Assembly (NCBI RefSeq): GCF_963921235.1
Contig: NC_086109.1
Span: forward strand, 17,982,001-18,046,000
Reading direction: 5' to 3'
Source: Mobula hypostoma
Lineage: Eukaryota
Length of the DNA stretch: 64,000 nucleotides
Made by a program: the position numbers and the translations under genes. Every line of letters starts with the position of its first letter. Within the stretch, counting starts at the first letter, position 1. The notes under the pieces were generated by a model. It did not search any database. It was not told where the DNA came from and saw only the letters and a list, made by a program, of their open reading frames with translations. This document shows, piece after piece, positions 63,660 through 64,000 of the stretch.

Positions 63660-64000
63660 ATAAGACCATAAGACATAGAAACAGAATTAGGCCATTCAGC
63701 CTATCGAGTCTGCTCCACCACTCCTAGATCCCATTTAACCCCATGCACCTGCCTTCTCACCATGCCTTTTGATGCCCTGACTGATGAGGAAACGATCAAC
63801 TTCCACCTTAAATATACGCACAGACCTGGCCTCCACCAAAGTCTGTGGCAGAGCATTCCACAGATTTACCACTCTCTGGCTAAAAAGATTCTTCCTTACC
63901 TCTGTTCTAAAGGGTCACCATCAATTCTAAGGCTATACCGTCTAGTTCTGGATACCCCCACCATTGGGAACATCCGCTCTACATCCACCCTATCTAGTCC
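63660..64000 (-). mobile_element. CR1 3' end (runs off the window)
   Basis: Closely similar to 31566-31920. Confidence 0.85.

Overview
Repeat-dense vertebrate genomic DNA, intronic or intergenic. The HE1/V-SINE-like, CR1, Rex1/Babar and Penelope repertoire points to a cartilaginous fish, probably a ray (inference). I could not support any intact host protein-coding gene; every recognisable ORF is a transposon remnant (CR1, Rex1/Babar, RTE, Penelope GIY-YIG, Tc1, a chromodomain-bearing Gypsy), often nested with clear target-site duplications (TSDs). Three observations stand out. (1) A 562-bp non-autonomous RTE-type retroelement (33428-33989) begins exactly at G1 of a canonical-core HDV-like ribozyme fold that carries an unusual hairpin inserted in L3. 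(2) A TSD-flanked RTE-type element (32520-33027) contains a 178-bp circularly permuted fragment matching, from memory, the ZFTRAF1/CYHR1 coding sequence, which suggests capture of a circular molecule. (3) Many minimal hammerhead motifs occur in Penelope-derived repeats, including a well-formed copy at 8049-8086 and a tandem-plus-inverted array at 54573-54923. Several repeat-poor islands may be regulatory. Family assignments are by eye, and repeat boundaries without a TSD are approximate.
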